Notes: generated by a model not told the origin, from the sequence alone. 64,000 nucleotides of DNA from an uncultured Candidatus Saccharibacteria bacterium (GCA_964470995.1 CAYYEP010000001.1:65813-129812), one strand, 5' to 3'. Positions 35,650 to 45,853 are shown, numbered from the stretch's first letter. Numbers and translations are program-made.

Positions 35650-36159
35650 TTACTTTTGGCGCATTCCCACGGTAATCGTACCGGAATAATTATAGGTGGT
35701 TCCGCTACACGTAGTGATTCCCGGGCTTGTCTTCGTTGTTTTTTCCAAACGATATACCAACATATACCATTGCCGACTACACCCACCGCTCAAGGAATAA
35801 TAAGTATATGTGTATTTTCCGGTAACACCCGCCCAGCTCCCCGATGAATTAACCGGATCCCCGGGCAGTGTTGTCAGATATGGATTTAGCGCCGTCTGCA
35901 GAGTTGCTCAACTCGAATCATTGCTGTTGGTCCAGCCGCTATTCGGATAAGTCGCGCCTCCAGATAGCGGATATTGGTTGTTTTGCAAATAATATAATTC
36001 CAAAGCTCTCCTTATCTGATCAACATCGCTCATTCTCCGCGCATCGCGCGCTTTGGCGCGCGAACCGGCCGTCCCCACCAAAATCACCCCAGCCAGCATG
36101 CTGATAATCGAAATAACCACCAAAAGCTCGATGAGCGTAAAACCTTTGCGTGATACCAT
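35650..36159 (-). pseudogene. type IV pilin-like protein with one in-frame TGA (35910-35908)
   Basis: Prepilin N-terminus GFTLIELLVVISIISMLAG. After ...TNSNDSS-TGA the same frame continues ATLQTALNPYLTTLPGDPVNSSGSWAGVTGKYTYTYYSLSGGCSRQWYMLVYRLE...* to TAA at 35652-35650. Confidence 0.7.
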
Positions 36160-36182
36160 CGTTTATTTTGTGTTTTACTATT

Positions 36183-37574
36183 TTAGCATTTTAATAGTTG
36201 TTTGAAATATTCCGCCAGTTCGGAAATTTTGACGTGCACCTGCTCCATTGTATCGCGGTCGCGCACGGTAACGTCGCCTTTTTCCAACGAATCAAAATCA
36301 ACGGTCACGCAATAGGGAGTGCCAATCTCGTCCTGGCGGCGGTAACGTTTGCCAATATTGCCGGAGTCGTCAAATTCGCACATAAAATATTGGCAAAGTT
36401 CTTTATAGATACCGCGGGCTTTGGCGACCAATTCGGGCTTGTTTTTGAGCAGAGGAAAGACCGCGATTTTAATGGGAGCAAGCCGCTTGTCGAATTTCAT
36501 CACGATGCGGGTTTCGCCTTCTTTCACGGCTTCTTCGGTATAGGCTTTATCCAAAAACATAAAGAACAAGCGGTTCAAACCCACCGATGTTTCCATGATA
36601 TGGGGAATGAACTTCTCGCCGGATACCGGGTCGGTGTAGCTTAAGTCCTGGCCGGAGAATTTTTCATGCTGGCTTAGATCCCAGTTGCCGCGGGCGTGGA
36701 TACCCTCCACCTCCTTGTAACCGCCCAAAGATTTGAAATTGTATTCTATGTCGTAGGCCTCGCTGGCGTAGTGCGCCAGTTTTTCGTGTTTGTACCAGCG
36801 AATATCGGCTTCGGTTATGCCATATTCCAAATACCAGTCCCAGCGGGTCTTTTTCCATTCATCGTATTTTTCCTTCATTTGTGACGGATGCAGAAAATAT
36901 TGCATTTCCATCTGCTCGAACTCACGAGTGCGAAAAATGAACTGGCGCGCCACGATCTCGTTGCGGAAAGCCTTCCCCACTTGCGCGATACCAAACGGCA
37001 ATTTCACCCGCACGGTGTCGATAGTGTTTTTGTATTCCAGGTAAATGCCGCCGCATGTTTCCGGCCGCAGATAAACGACGTTTTCTTCGCTTAATGCGTC
37101 AGTGGGAGAACCAAGGTTGGATTTAACCATTAAAGAAAACCTCTTGGCGAGCGTAAGTTCAGCGGAGCCGCAACTGGCGCATTTAAGCTTGCCGGCAGAC
37201 CTTAGCTTATCCAGCTCAGCGTTGATAAATTCCAGCGGCTGCTTGTCGGCACTGATATTGAATTGCTCCAAAATGTGATCGGCGCGCCAGCGGGCTTTAC
37301 ATTTTTTACAATCCACCTGCGGATCGTCAAAGCTTTCCACATGGCCCGACGCCTTCCAGGTCGTCGGGTGCATGAAAATCGCCGAGTCAAGGCCGACTAC
37401 ATCTTCGCGAAGCTGTACCATGGCGCGCCACCAGGCGTCGCGGATATTGTTTTTCAGCAGAGTGCCATAATGGCCGTAATCGTAAATCGCGGCAAAACCG
37501 CCGTAAATTTCCGACGACGGAAACACGAAGCCCCGGCGTTTTGAGAGTGAGATTATGTTTTGCGCTATATCCAT
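36183..37574 (-). CDS. glyQS: glycine--tRNA ligase (homodimeric class II type)
   Basis: SLSKRRGFVFPSSEIYGG N-terminus and class II motifs. 463 aa. Confidence 0.92.
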   Translation of the reverse strand: MDIAQNIISLSKRRGFVFPSSEIYGGFAAIYDYGHYGTLLKNNIRDAWWRAMVQLREDVVGLDSAIFMHPTTWKASGHVESFDDPQVDCKKCKARWRADHILEQFNISADKQPLEFINAELDKLRSAGKLKCASCGSAELTLAKRFSLMVKSNLGSPTDALSEENVVYLRPETCGGIYLEYKNTIDTVRVKLPFGIAQVGKAFRNEIVARQFIFRTREFEQMEMQYFLHPSQMKEKYDEWKKTRWDWYLEYGITEADIRWYKHEKLAHYASEAYDIEYNFKSLGGYKEVEGIHARGNWDLSQHEKFSGQDLSYTDPVSGEKFIPHIMETSVGLNRLFFMFLDKAYTEEAVKEGETRIVMKFDKRLAPIKIAVFPLLKNKPELVAKARGIYKELCQYFMCEFDDSGNIGKRYRRQDEIGTPYCVTVDFDSLEKGDVTVRDRDTMEQVHVKISELAEYFKQLLKC

Positions 37575-37668
37575 AAAATTTTTATATTAATGGTTTTGCT
37601 CCCCTATTTGCGAAAAAGCCGGCTTGCGGCTTTTTTCGCTCATTTGATTTAAATTTACTTTTTTTGTT

Positions 37669-39336
37669 TTATCGGACATTCCCGTCTTCTTCATCCATGC
37701 CGGGATCCGAAACGGATCCGGTATCAACAGACGGCGAGGTTGATTCGAGAACCGATCCGGTCCAGCTGTCGTCCCCGGAGATTTTGGCTTGGCCGATGAC
37801 TCCGGCGGTATTATCGCGCTGGGAAGACATCGGAGTAAGCGTAACCTGAAACGAGACATTTAAAGGATTAGAGATCAACCCCTGCCCGGCAGACATATTC
37901 CCAAGGGTCCAGGTAATCTGGCGAGTGCCTTCATCGTAAGATAGTTTGGAAATCTGATCTTCGGGAAATATTTCGCTGCGGTTGAATTCGACTTCCGGCG
38001 GCAAAGTTGCGGTAACTTTAACGTTCTTTACGTCGGAATAATAATTCTTCGCCTGCCAAGTAACGGTATAGGTAGTTTCGTCTCCCACTTTGGGCGGGAA
38101 CGGGCCGGAATTTCCAAAGATCTCATCATTGTAGTAAGCTTTCTGGGAAATCTCCAGCTTGGAACTGATCTTGGTAATAAAGTCCTCGCGGGCCGCTCCG
38201 ATCATCACTTTGTTGTCGAGTTCGGGCTGGCTCAAACTGCTTAGATCATCCTTCAGGCGGATCCAGAATTCCGCCTTTCCTTCCTCCATCGGCGCCAAGT
38301 AAGTGAGCTTATTGTTCTGCTTCCAGTCGAACACGATCGAACTGTCTCCCTGCTGGAAAGTTCCGGTATCCGAGCGGACAGTGGAAAAATCATACATTCC
38401 GCCTTCAAGATTATCCACCATCACCAGATTATAAAGTTCGCTGTCGCTGATGTTCTTATAATAAATCTCATAATGCAGCCATTCTCCCGGCTTGGCGACA
38501 TAATTGGCGTCGCCGTTGATCGTTTGGCGAATCGATACCGTGGGTTTGACGATCTTGGCCCCCCTCTCAATTTCCCTTAAAGGCACATACTGGCCGTCCT
38601 TCCACATTCCAATGCGGGCCCGGAACACCTTACCTTCATTGAGATCTCCGGAAACCTGTCCAATAATATCGATCACTCCCGACTGCCCCTTATTGAGAAC
38701 CGGGATAGTAAATTCATCTTTATCCAACGATTGCGGAGTAGACTGGGTGAACGCGTATCCCAAAGGATAATCCACCGTAACCCGCAGATCGGTTAACAGC
38801 CAATCAACATTGGAAAGATAATTAATACGCAAATGGAAGTCCTTGTTGGCCTCAATAGTTGAGGAAATATCCATATCCAAATCCAGAGGCACGGCCTGCA
38901 TTACCGTAGTGGCGGAAGTGCTGGATTCGTAGCGTGCGCTCAAATTTTTTGGCTGATAAGATAGCGTAGCCTTCGCGATCTTGGCGTCGCCCTCTTTACC
39001 GATAACCCGCATCTTGAAAGTGATGCTGCGCTCCTCGCCGGGGTAAATAGCGCCGCCCAGCTGATCGGCGGCAATTGTTTCCTGGACATACATATTGCCA
39101 TCCTTAATCGAAAATTCCGGCGCGTAAAATATCAGTGTCGGATTTTCCAGCCGGAAATCGCCGTTGTTTTTATATTTAACGACATATTCGACTTCCTGGC
39201 CCAGTTGCGCCTGGGACGGACCGATCATTTCCAGTTTCAATCCTTCCTTGGAATAGATGTTTTTACGCCAGAAACCATAACCGACAGCGGCCAGAACCAG
39301 AGCGAAAACTATTAATATTTTTATAAATTTACTCAT
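37669..39336 (-). CDS. large exported protein with repeated beta-sandwich-like (CARDB/DUF11-like) modules
   Basis: N-terminal TM anchor. 555 aa, Thr/Ser/Asn-rich repeated ~110-aa modules. Family call is tentative. Confidence 0.7.
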   Translation of the reverse strand: MSKFIKILIVFALVLAAVGYGFWRKNIYSKEGLKLEMIGPSQAQLGQEVEYVVKYKNNGDFRLENPTLIFYAPEFSIKDGNMYVQETIAADQLGGAIYPGEERSITFKMRVIGKEGDAKIAKATLSYQPKNLSARYESSTSATTVMQAVPLDLDMDISSTIEANKDFHLRINYLSNVDWLLTDLRVTVDYPLGYAFTQSTPQSLDKDEFTIPVLNKGQSGVIDIIGQVSGDLNEGKVFRARIGMWKDGQYVPLREIERGAKIVKPTVSIRQTINGDANYVAKPGEWLHYEIYYKNISDSELYNLVMVDNLEGGMYDFSTVRSDTGTFQQGDSSIVFDWKQNNKLTYLAPMEEGKAEFWIRLKDDLSSLSQPELDNKVMIGAAREDFITKISSKLEISQKAYYNDEIFGNSGPFPPKVGDETTYTVTWQAKNYYSDVKNVKVTATLPPEVEFNRSEIFPEDQISKLSYDEGTRQITWTLGNMSAGQGLISNPLNVSFQVTLTPMSSQRDNTAGVIGQAKISGDDSWTGSVLESTSPSVDTGSVSDPGMDEEDGNVR

Positions 39337-39352
39337 CTGCTACTTAATTTCA

Positions 39353-39373
39353 AATTTCCAATTTCCAATTTCC
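39353..39373. repeat. 3 x 7-nt tandem repeat (AATTTCC; GGAAATT in minus sense) in a 5' leader
   Basis: Lies 17 nt upstream of start codon 39336. Confidence 0.6.
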
Positions 39374-39447
39374 GATGAATTTTCAATGAATGGATTTCCA
39401 ATGAAAATCACCAAATTAGAAATTTAATCGAAATTATAAATTAATAA

Positions 39448-40059
39448 TTATTTAGTAATAAGCGCCAGATAATCCCGGGCAATCCGATTAAGATTATTAA
39501 CCTGGCTGCCGGTCAGGCGCATTTTTGCGGAACGGGCAATGTCGGAATCGCGAAAAAGGCGCACCAGCGACCGGCAGGCCGCTCCGGCAAAATCAGCCCC
39601 GAATTCAGGCCGCCAGCCCAGCGATTCAAATAAATGCCAAACAAAATATTGGTAAATGGCATCGGAATTCCGGCGGTCGGCGGTTTCGGCAAAAACCGCG
39701 GCCGAACACACCAAATCCCAAACGTTACTGTCGGATTGCTGATCTTTAATCAGGATTTCGGCCATGGCGGCGATCCGGGTTATCACTTCCCGCTTATCCG
39801 GGTCGCGCCGGGAGTGCTTCAACGGAATTAAAGTTACCGCATCGGTCAAGGTTTTGCAAGTTTTCCCTTGGATAAATTCCAAGTCGATAATCGCAGGAAA
39901 TTCCACCGCCGGGCGCAACTTGGATGCGACCTTGCGGACACCCTTGGCCATAACCTCGATCCGGCCAAAATCTTTAGTGTAAACAACCAAAAGCTGGTCG
40001 GCCTCTCCCCTGTCGATCCTTTTCAGAATAAACGCCTTGGTACGGTAATGAGTAAACAT
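39448..40059 (-). CDS. recO: DNA repair protein RecO
   Basis: AFILKRIDRGEADQLLVVYTKDFGRIEVMAKGVRK OB-fold N-terminus. Confidence 0.85.
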   Translation of the reverse strand: MFTHYRTKAFILKRIDRGEADQLLVVYTKDFGRIEVMAKGVRKVASKLRPAVEFPAIIDLEFIQGKTCKTLTDAVTLIPLKHSRRDPDKREVITRIAAMAEILIKDQQSDSNVWDLVCSAAVFAETADRRNSDAIYQYFVWHLFESLGWRPEFGADFAGAACRSLVRLFRDSDIARSAKMRLTGSQVNNLNRIARDYLALITK

Positions 40060-40066
40060 CTGGGAA

Positions 40067-40528
40067 TCAGCCGGAATATCCGGTTATCGCGGCGATTGTT
40101 TTCATTAACTTATGCCGCTTATCGTCATTGCCACTGGCAAAAATTTTTTTTATTTCCTCGCGGGTAAATTTGAATTTATCCTCAAGTTGCCGGCGGTTGA
40201 AACTCTGTAAATCCCGATACATTTCGATCATAGCAGTTCGCCTTATATATTCTTCAGGCCCCTTAAACACACGCGCCAAAAAGTTCTTTTTCAACTCCGC
40301 AGTTTTCACCGATTCGGGAATCACTTCGGCCAGCACGGGAAATAATGCCTGGGCAATATATTTGGCACGAACAGATTCAAGGCTGGTTCCGGTGAACAAC
40401 AAGGCCGATTCTGAATTTTTTTTATTTTGCGCCTCCTCTTGCTCTTTTTTTTGCGCTTTTCCCTGTTGTATTTGCGCGAGCCTCCGGGCCGCGAATGCGT
40501 AGGCGTTATTCTTTTCGTTTTCGTCCAT
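40067..40528 (-). CDS. hypothetical protein
   Basis: 153-aa ORF, helical and charged. Operonic spacing with its neighbours. Confidence 0.55.
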   Translation of the reverse strand: MDENEKNNAYAFAARRLAQIQQGKAQKKEQEEAQNKKNSESALLFTGTSLESVRAKYIAQALFPVLAEVIPESVKTAELKKNFLARVFKGPEEYIRRTAMIEMYRDLQSFNRRQLEDKFKFTREEIKKIFASGNDDKRHKLMKTIAAITGYSG

Positions 40529-40540
40529 GATATTACAATT

Positions 40541-41173
40541 TTAATTATGGCTGGTACGGCGCATTATTTCTTTGTTGCGGGTAAGTTCGGCGATAGTGCC
40601 GGCAACAGCCCGGTTGGTGCGCGCGCGAGTGGCGCTATCGAGCTTTTTGAAACCGCCCAATTCGGAAACGCTGCCGCCGAGAGCCCGCCGGGCGGCATCA
40701 TTGGCTTTCCCCTTGTGCACGTACGAATTCCAACCAACCTTTTTGCCCTCGATATTGTCAATTATACCTTTGGCGACCCGCGTCTTGTTTTCGGCGGTTT
40801 GCATCCCTGGGGTAAGAAACGCATCAAAGGCCTTGTTTTTGTCCATTATTTGAATGGTTTTTTTGATAGTGGAATTAACTGACGCCGAAGAATTGTATTC
40901 GAGCAGGCCCTTTTCGGGTTTGTTATTTTTACCGTCATTCGCACCAGACGCATTGGCAGTGCCGCTTTCCCGCGTTTTCAGTTCGCGGCGCTGGCGGCCC
41001 CGAGCGTAAAGAGAATTTAGACTTTCTTTGCCGAACCTCGATTTGCCGCCAAAACCCGAAGACATACCGATGCTGGTATCGTTTTTGCCAAATTGCTTAT
41101 CCTGTCCGATTTTAAAACCGCCGCTTAGGCCGTAATCGCTATTCATTGATGAGTCGCCCGGATCGAAAGACAT
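40541..41173 (-). CDS. hypothetical low-complexity (Gly/Ser/Lys-rich) protein
   Basis: 210-aa ORF. Confidence 0.5.
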   Translation of the reverse strand: MSFDPGDSSMNSDYGLSGGFKIGQDKQFGKNDTSIGMSSGFGGKSRFGKESLNSLYARGRQRRELKTRESGTANASGANDGKNNKPEKGLLEYNSSASVNSTIKKTIQIMDKNKAFDAFLTPGMQTAENKTRVAKGIIDNIEGKKVGWNSYVHKGKANDAARRALGGSVSELGGFKKLDSATRARTNRAVAGTIAELTRNKEIMRRTSHN

Positions 41174-41188
41174 GGTTAATATTGAAAT

Positions 41189-42223
41189 TTAGAACAGTTC
41201 GAGAAGCTTTACGAAAAAGAGGAAATATAAGAGAAGAAAAAGAATCCCCTGACCGGCACCGATCTTTTGAGAAACCGCGGCCACTCCCAATAAAACCGAG
41301 GCGGCCGCCAGAAACGGCAAACCAACCGCAAGGATAGCACCGCCAAAAACCAAGGGGGAGAACAGCGACGCCGCGCCGCAAACCAGCAGCAGATTAGCCG
41401 CGGTGGCCGCAAAAAGATTGCCTAAAGTCAGATCCCCTTTCCGGGACCGGATAATTGATACGCCGCCGAACATTTCGGGCATCGCGGTACCAATCGACAA
41501 CGCTACCATTGCCGTGACCGCGGCCGATATCTTCATAATATCGGAAATCCCGACCAGCGAAGCAACAGTAAAATTTGAAGCCGCTACCAACACAAGGCCT
41601 CCCCCCGAAAGCAGGCCGATCATTTTCAAAAAAGAGCGGCGGCCAAGCGCACCGACAGTTTCCAATTTTTTTTCCAGGCGCGTCGGCAGCAGTTGCACGA
41701 TCCGCGCCACGGCGGCACTGCCCAATAGCTCGGGAGTGATTACATCGCGAGCAGTAATACCGCGGGGCCGCGCCGAATAAGAATAAGCGGCATAAACAAA
41801 AAACGCCAGAATCATCAATATGCCTTCGGGAGCGTTAATGCGGCCATCGGCGGCCACCAAGCAAAAAATCGCGACCGCGGAAGCGAACAGCGGCAAGTCG
41901 GTATTGATATATTCACTTTTTAAGAGCAAGGATCCGGCCGAAAACGCACCCAAGCCGGCAACCAACAGGATATTGGCAATCGATGAACCAATAACCACGG
42001 CTACCGCGAGCTCCGTCTGACCCTGCTGGACCGCGGCAAGCGCGGCTCCCATTTCCGGCATTGCCACGGCAATAAGAGCCGCCGGCAGAGAAATATCAGC
42101 TTCGCGCACGCCAAAAATCCGCGCGGCGCGGCGCAAGCCAAGAATAAGCCAGTCCGAAGCTTTAATAAGAGCACAGACCGAGGTAATGAATATTAATGAC
42201 CAGACTAGAAGCTCCATAATCAA
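41189..42223 (-). CDS. Ca2+/cation antiporter (CaCA, YrbG-like)
   Basis: Two alpha-repeat regions (GSSIANILLV; GTAMPEM), about 10 TM helices. Confidence 0.8.
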   Translation of the reverse strand: MIMELLVWSLIFITSVCALIKASDWLILGLRRAARIFGVREADISLPAALIAVAMPEMGAALAAVQQGQTELAVAVVIGSSIANILLVAGLGAFSAGSLLLKSEYINTDLPLFASAVAIFCLVAADGRINAPEGILMILAFFVYAAYSYSARPRGITARDVITPELLGSAAVARIVQLLPTRLEKKLETVGALGRRSFLKMIGLLSGGGLVLVAASNFTVASLVGISDIMKISAAVTAMVALSIGTAMPEMFGGVSIIRSRKGDLTLGNLFAATAANLLLVCGAASLFSPLVFGGAILAVGLPFLAAASVLLGVAAVSQKIGAGQGILFLLLYFLFFVKLLELF

Positions 42224-42325
42224 CTCGATATTAATAGAAATTAGCTCCGCGAAATTAATTGAATTTTCTATTAAAAACCAATTTCAAAAAATTTCAAGAG
42301 TTTCCAAGAATTTCTATTAAATATT

Positions 42326-45300
42326 TTAACACTTTTTAATGCCTACCCAAAGCGGTTGATTATCCACATTCACTGATTTTTCGGCCGCAAGCTTGGCCGG
42401 TTTTTCAAACCTTACCCCGGCGGCTTTGGTTTCGCGCGCGATCAAGCTCTGGTTTTTTTGGACGGCGGCGAATAAATCTCCTTCGGTTTTGATGAAAGCA
42501 ATAATCTTGTCGGCCGGAGTGAATTTAGCTTTTTTGCGCAGTTCCTGGATATTGCGCATCACTTCGCGCACATTTCCCTCTTCGCGCAGTTCGGGAGTAA
42601 TGTTCCAATCGAGCTCCATAGGAACAGCCAGAGCGGAGTCGAACTCCACGGCTTTAACATTAATCTCTTCAGCCAGAAGATCCCGGAGATCATTACCAAA
42701 TGGTTTTACCTTGCCGCCAACAATCAGCTTTGCCAACGGCTGGCGAATCTTGACCGCATGCTGGGCGCGCTGGGCAAGCGCCAGGGTAACCAGTTCGCGC
42801 ACTTTGGCCATTTGCTCATTCAGGGCGGCATCGTTTTTTTGGGCTTTTACCGCCGGCCAGCTTTCCAGATGCACCGACTTGGCCTTGGCGTAACCATTGC
42901 CTGACACTCCCTGATAAACCTCTTCGGCAATAAACGGCGCGAAGGGCGCAATAATACGGGCCAAGTTTTCCAGAACGTAAGCATAAACTTTGGCGGCGGC
43001 AACCAGTTCGGCGCGGTTTTGCGGCTGTTGCAGCCGGCGGCGCATCCGGCGCACATACCATAACGAAAGGTCGTTAATCGTAAACGATTCGATACCGCGC
43101 GCGGCCGCGACAATATCGTATTTATCCAGAAGAACCGAGGTGTCGGCGACTATCCGGGACAAACGCGCCACGATCCAGCGATCCAGAATATTAACGGGCG
43201 CGATGGTTGAAGGAGCCTTTACTCCGGGAGCATAAGTATTCAGAAAAACGTAACAATTCCAGAATGTAAGCAGAAATTTTTTGAGCGCGCCATCCAAATC
43301 GGACTCTTTGTAGAGCTTTGGGTCGCCCGGCTCGTTGACGGTGTAAAAATACCACCGCACGGCATCAGCGCCGTACTTTTGCACCATATCCCAGGGATTA
43401 ATGACATTGCCTTTGGATTTGGACATTTTATCCCCTTTCTCGTCCAAAACATGGCCAAGGGAAACAACATTTTTATAAGACGCTTTAAACCCAAGTACCG
43501 TCGCGACCGACAGCAAAGTATAGAACCACCCGCGCGTCTGGTCGATGGCTTCGGAAATAAAATCCGCGGGATAAAGTTTGGGAGGCACTAATTTGGACGG
43601 TGTTTTCCCCGACGGGCCGACTGCGCCGGAGGCGACGCCGTGCCAAGGCCAATGCTGCTGGGCAAAAGGCATCGAACCGGAGTCCAACCAGCAGTCGCAA
43701 ACCTGGGGCACACGGTGCATCCGGCCGGCACACTTGGGGCAGACCGGCGTTACGCCATCAATGAACGGACGGTGCAAATCGAGTTCCATATTATCATTGA
43801 ACGGCAATTGTTTGAATTCAACCGGACGACATTCAGCAGTGGCAATCCTTTTTATTTTTCCGGAATAACGCTGTTCGATGATATCTTTCAAATCCATACC
43901 TTTAAGCGTCCATTCCAGCATGGTCAGGGGCATTTCGTGGGAAATGATAACGATATTTTTGCCGGCGTATTTTTGGTCGATTTCGGATAAAAAATCATAG
44001 ACGCGGCGGCGCAAACCGATAAGGCTCTCGCCTCTTTTGGGTTTGGCCGAAAAGCGATTTGCTTTGGTGCCAATATAATCCCAATAAACTTTAGGATCTT
44101 TGCCGTTGAGTTCGCCGACATTGACTTCGCGCAGGCGTTTGTCGTAAACAACTTTGGCGCCAGTGGCTTCGGAAATGATTTGCGCGGTTTCTTTCGTTCG
44201 CAAAATATCGGAGGCGATTATCAGATCTATTTTCGCCGATTTGGCCAGTTTTTTGGCGTTAAGCGCGATCTTTTTTTTGCCTTTTTCGGTGAGCGGCAAA
44301 GGCGCGGGTTCGGGCCAACAGCTGGCGATCTTTTTTATTTGCCGAAGCGACTCGCCGTGGCGGAAAATAAAATATTTGTTGGCTGAATAGCGGCGCGACA
44401 ACATCTCGGAAACCGAACCGATAAGATCGGTATGGCCGCAGCTGCATTTCCAGATTGGAAGAGGCGTTCCCCAGTAACGGTCGCGAGATACGGCCCAGTC
44501 TTTCACCTCTCGCAGCCATTCGCCGAAGCGGCCTTCTTTCAGATAAGCAGGATACCAGTTGATGGTCTGGTTATTTTTAATCAATTGCGCGCGCAATTCA
44601 GTCATTTTAATGAACCAACTCAAGCGGGCGTAATACAGCAACGGAGTCTTACAACGCCAACAGAACGGATAGTCGTGCTCATAAGGAACGGCGGCGAACA
44701 GCAACCCCCTATCTTTGAGATCATCAATAATCGACGGATCGGCATCCTTAACGAATACGCCCGCCCATTTGGCGACATCCAAAGAGAAAGTGCCGTCTTC
44801 GCCGACGTTTAAGATTATTGGAAATTCCGGCTGGCCGGAAGCTTTAAGCTTTTTGTTTTCTTTTTTAACCGCTTCCATATCTTCGGCACCGAACGCCGGC
44901 GCGATATGCACGATACCGGTGCCGTCTTCGGTGGATACAAAATCCGCCCCGATGACCCGGTAAATGGTTTTTTCGGATTCCAGGCTTGCCGGGAATACCG
45001 CTTGGTAACGCAAACCGATAAGATCGGTCCCATTCATTTCGCCAACAATCTCATAGCCATCGCCCAAAACTTCCAGACGGCTTTTTGCCAAAATAAAAAT
45101 TTCCGGACTGTCTTTGGGCTTGGCTTTAACATAGTCGATCGCGGGATTGACCGCCGCGGCCACATTGGCCGGCAAAGTCCAAGGAGTAGTTGTCCAGACA
45201 AGCAATGAACTGTTCTCGAACTCCGGATTCAACACCGCAAACTTCACGTAAACGGAGGGGTCTTTCACTTTTTTGTAACCCTGCGCGACTTCGTGGCTCG

Positions 45301-45853
45301 AAAGGGCCGTGCCGCAGCGCGAACAATAAGGAATGACTTTATAATCCTGAAATAAAAGTTTTTTGTCCCAGGCGGTTTTTAAAATGTGCCACACCGATTC
45401 CATATATTTGGGATCGTAGGTAATGTAGGCATTCTCGAAATCAAGCCAGTAACCGATGCGTTCGGTTAGGTTCTGCCATTCGCCAATCTGCTCAAAGACG
45501 GAATCTTTGCATTCCTTATTAAATTGCTTGATCCCGTATGTTTCGATCTCTTTTTTATTATGAAGCCCCAATTTTTTTTCGATCTGCAATTCCACGGGCA
45601 AGCCATGAGTATCCCATCCGGCGCGGCGCTGGACGCGAAAGCCGCGCATGGTCTTGTAACGGCAAACCATATCTTTGAAAACGCGGGTTTCGACATGATG
45701 GATACCCGGTCTGGCGTTGGCCGTGGGCGGACCTTCGTAGAATACGAACTCCTTGGCACCCTTCTTGCGGCCGCTGACGGATTTTTCGAAGACCGAATGT
45801 TTTTTCCAGAATTCGATTGTCTTTTGCTCCTTCTCGTTAAAATTTAATTCCAT
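42326..45853 (-). CDS. ileS: isoleucine--tRNA ligase (type 2) with an inserted histidine-phosphatase (PGAM-like) domain
   Basis: PPTANARPGIHH, TTTPWTLPAN editing domain, WKCSCGH, DLHRPFID, DKMSKSKGN. Start moved to ATG 45853 (MELNFNEKEQ). Insert at 43805-44380. Confidence 0.9.
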   Translation of the reverse strand: MELNFNEKEQKTIEFWKKHSVFEKSVSGRKKGAKEFVFYEGPPTANARPGIHHVETRVFKDMVCRYKTMRGFRVQRRAGWDTHGLPVELQIEKKLGLHNKKEIETYGIKQFNKECKDSVFEQIGEWQNLTERIGYWLDFENAYITYDPKYMESVWHILKTAWDKKLLFQDYKVIPYCSRCGTALSSHEVAQGYKKVKDPSVYVKFAVLNPEFENSSLLVWTTTPWTLPANVAAAVNPAIDYVKAKPKDSPEIFILAKSRLEVLGDGYEIVGEMNGTDLIGLRYQAVFPASLESEKTIYRVIGADFVSTEDGTGIVHIAPAFGAEDMEAVKKENKKLKASGQPEFPIILNVGEDGTFSLDVAKWAGVFVKDADPSIIDDLKDRGLLFAAVPYEHDYPFCWRCKTPLLYYARLSWFIKMTELRAQLIKNNQTINWYPAYLKEGRFGEWLREVKDWAVSRDRYWGTPLPIWKCSCGHTDLIGSVSEMLSRRYSANKYFIFRHGESLRQIKKIASCWPEPAPLPLTEKGKKKIALNAKKLAKSAKIDLIIASDILRTKETAQIISEATGAKVVYDKRLREVNVGELNGKDPKVYWDYIGTKANRFSAKPKRGESLIGLRRRVYDFLSEIDQKYAGKNIVIISHEMPLTMLEWTLKGMDLKDIIEQRYSGKIKRIATAECRPVEFKQLPFNDNMELDLHRPFIDGVTPVCPKCAGRMHRVPQVCDCWLDSGSMPFAQQHWPWHGVASGAVGPSGKTPSKLVPPKLYPADFISEAIDQTRGWFYTLLSVATVLGFKASYKNVVSLGHVLDEKGDKMSKSKGNVINPWDMVQKYGADAVRWYFYTVNEPGDPKLYKESDLDGALKKFLLTFWNCYVFLNTYAPGVKAPSTIAPVNILDRWIVARLSRIVADTSVLLDKYDIVAAARGIESFTINDLSLWYVRRMRRRLQQPQNRAELVAAAKVYAYVLENLARIIAPFAPFIAEEVYQGVSGNGYAKAKSVHLESWPAVKAQKNDAALNEQMAKVRELVTLALAQRAQHAVKIRQPLAKLIVGGKVKPFGNDLRDLLAEEINVKAVEFDSALAVPMELDWNITPELREEGNVREVMRNIQELRKKAKFTPADKIIAFIKTEGDLFAAVQKNQSLIARETKAAGVRFEKPAKLAAEKSVNVDNQPLWVGIKKC

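Noticed and set aside
35880-35910. Selenocysteine insertion at the pilin TGA
   Set aside because: No convincing SECIS-like hairpin lies immediately downstream. No selA, selB or tRNA-Sec is visible in the window. Homolog context points to Trp, not Cys/Sec.
39341-39445. AT-rich short direct repeats as a CRISPR array
   Set aside because: The repeats are only 7 nt (20 nt at 50060-50099), have no spacers, reach at most three copies, and have no cas genes nearby.
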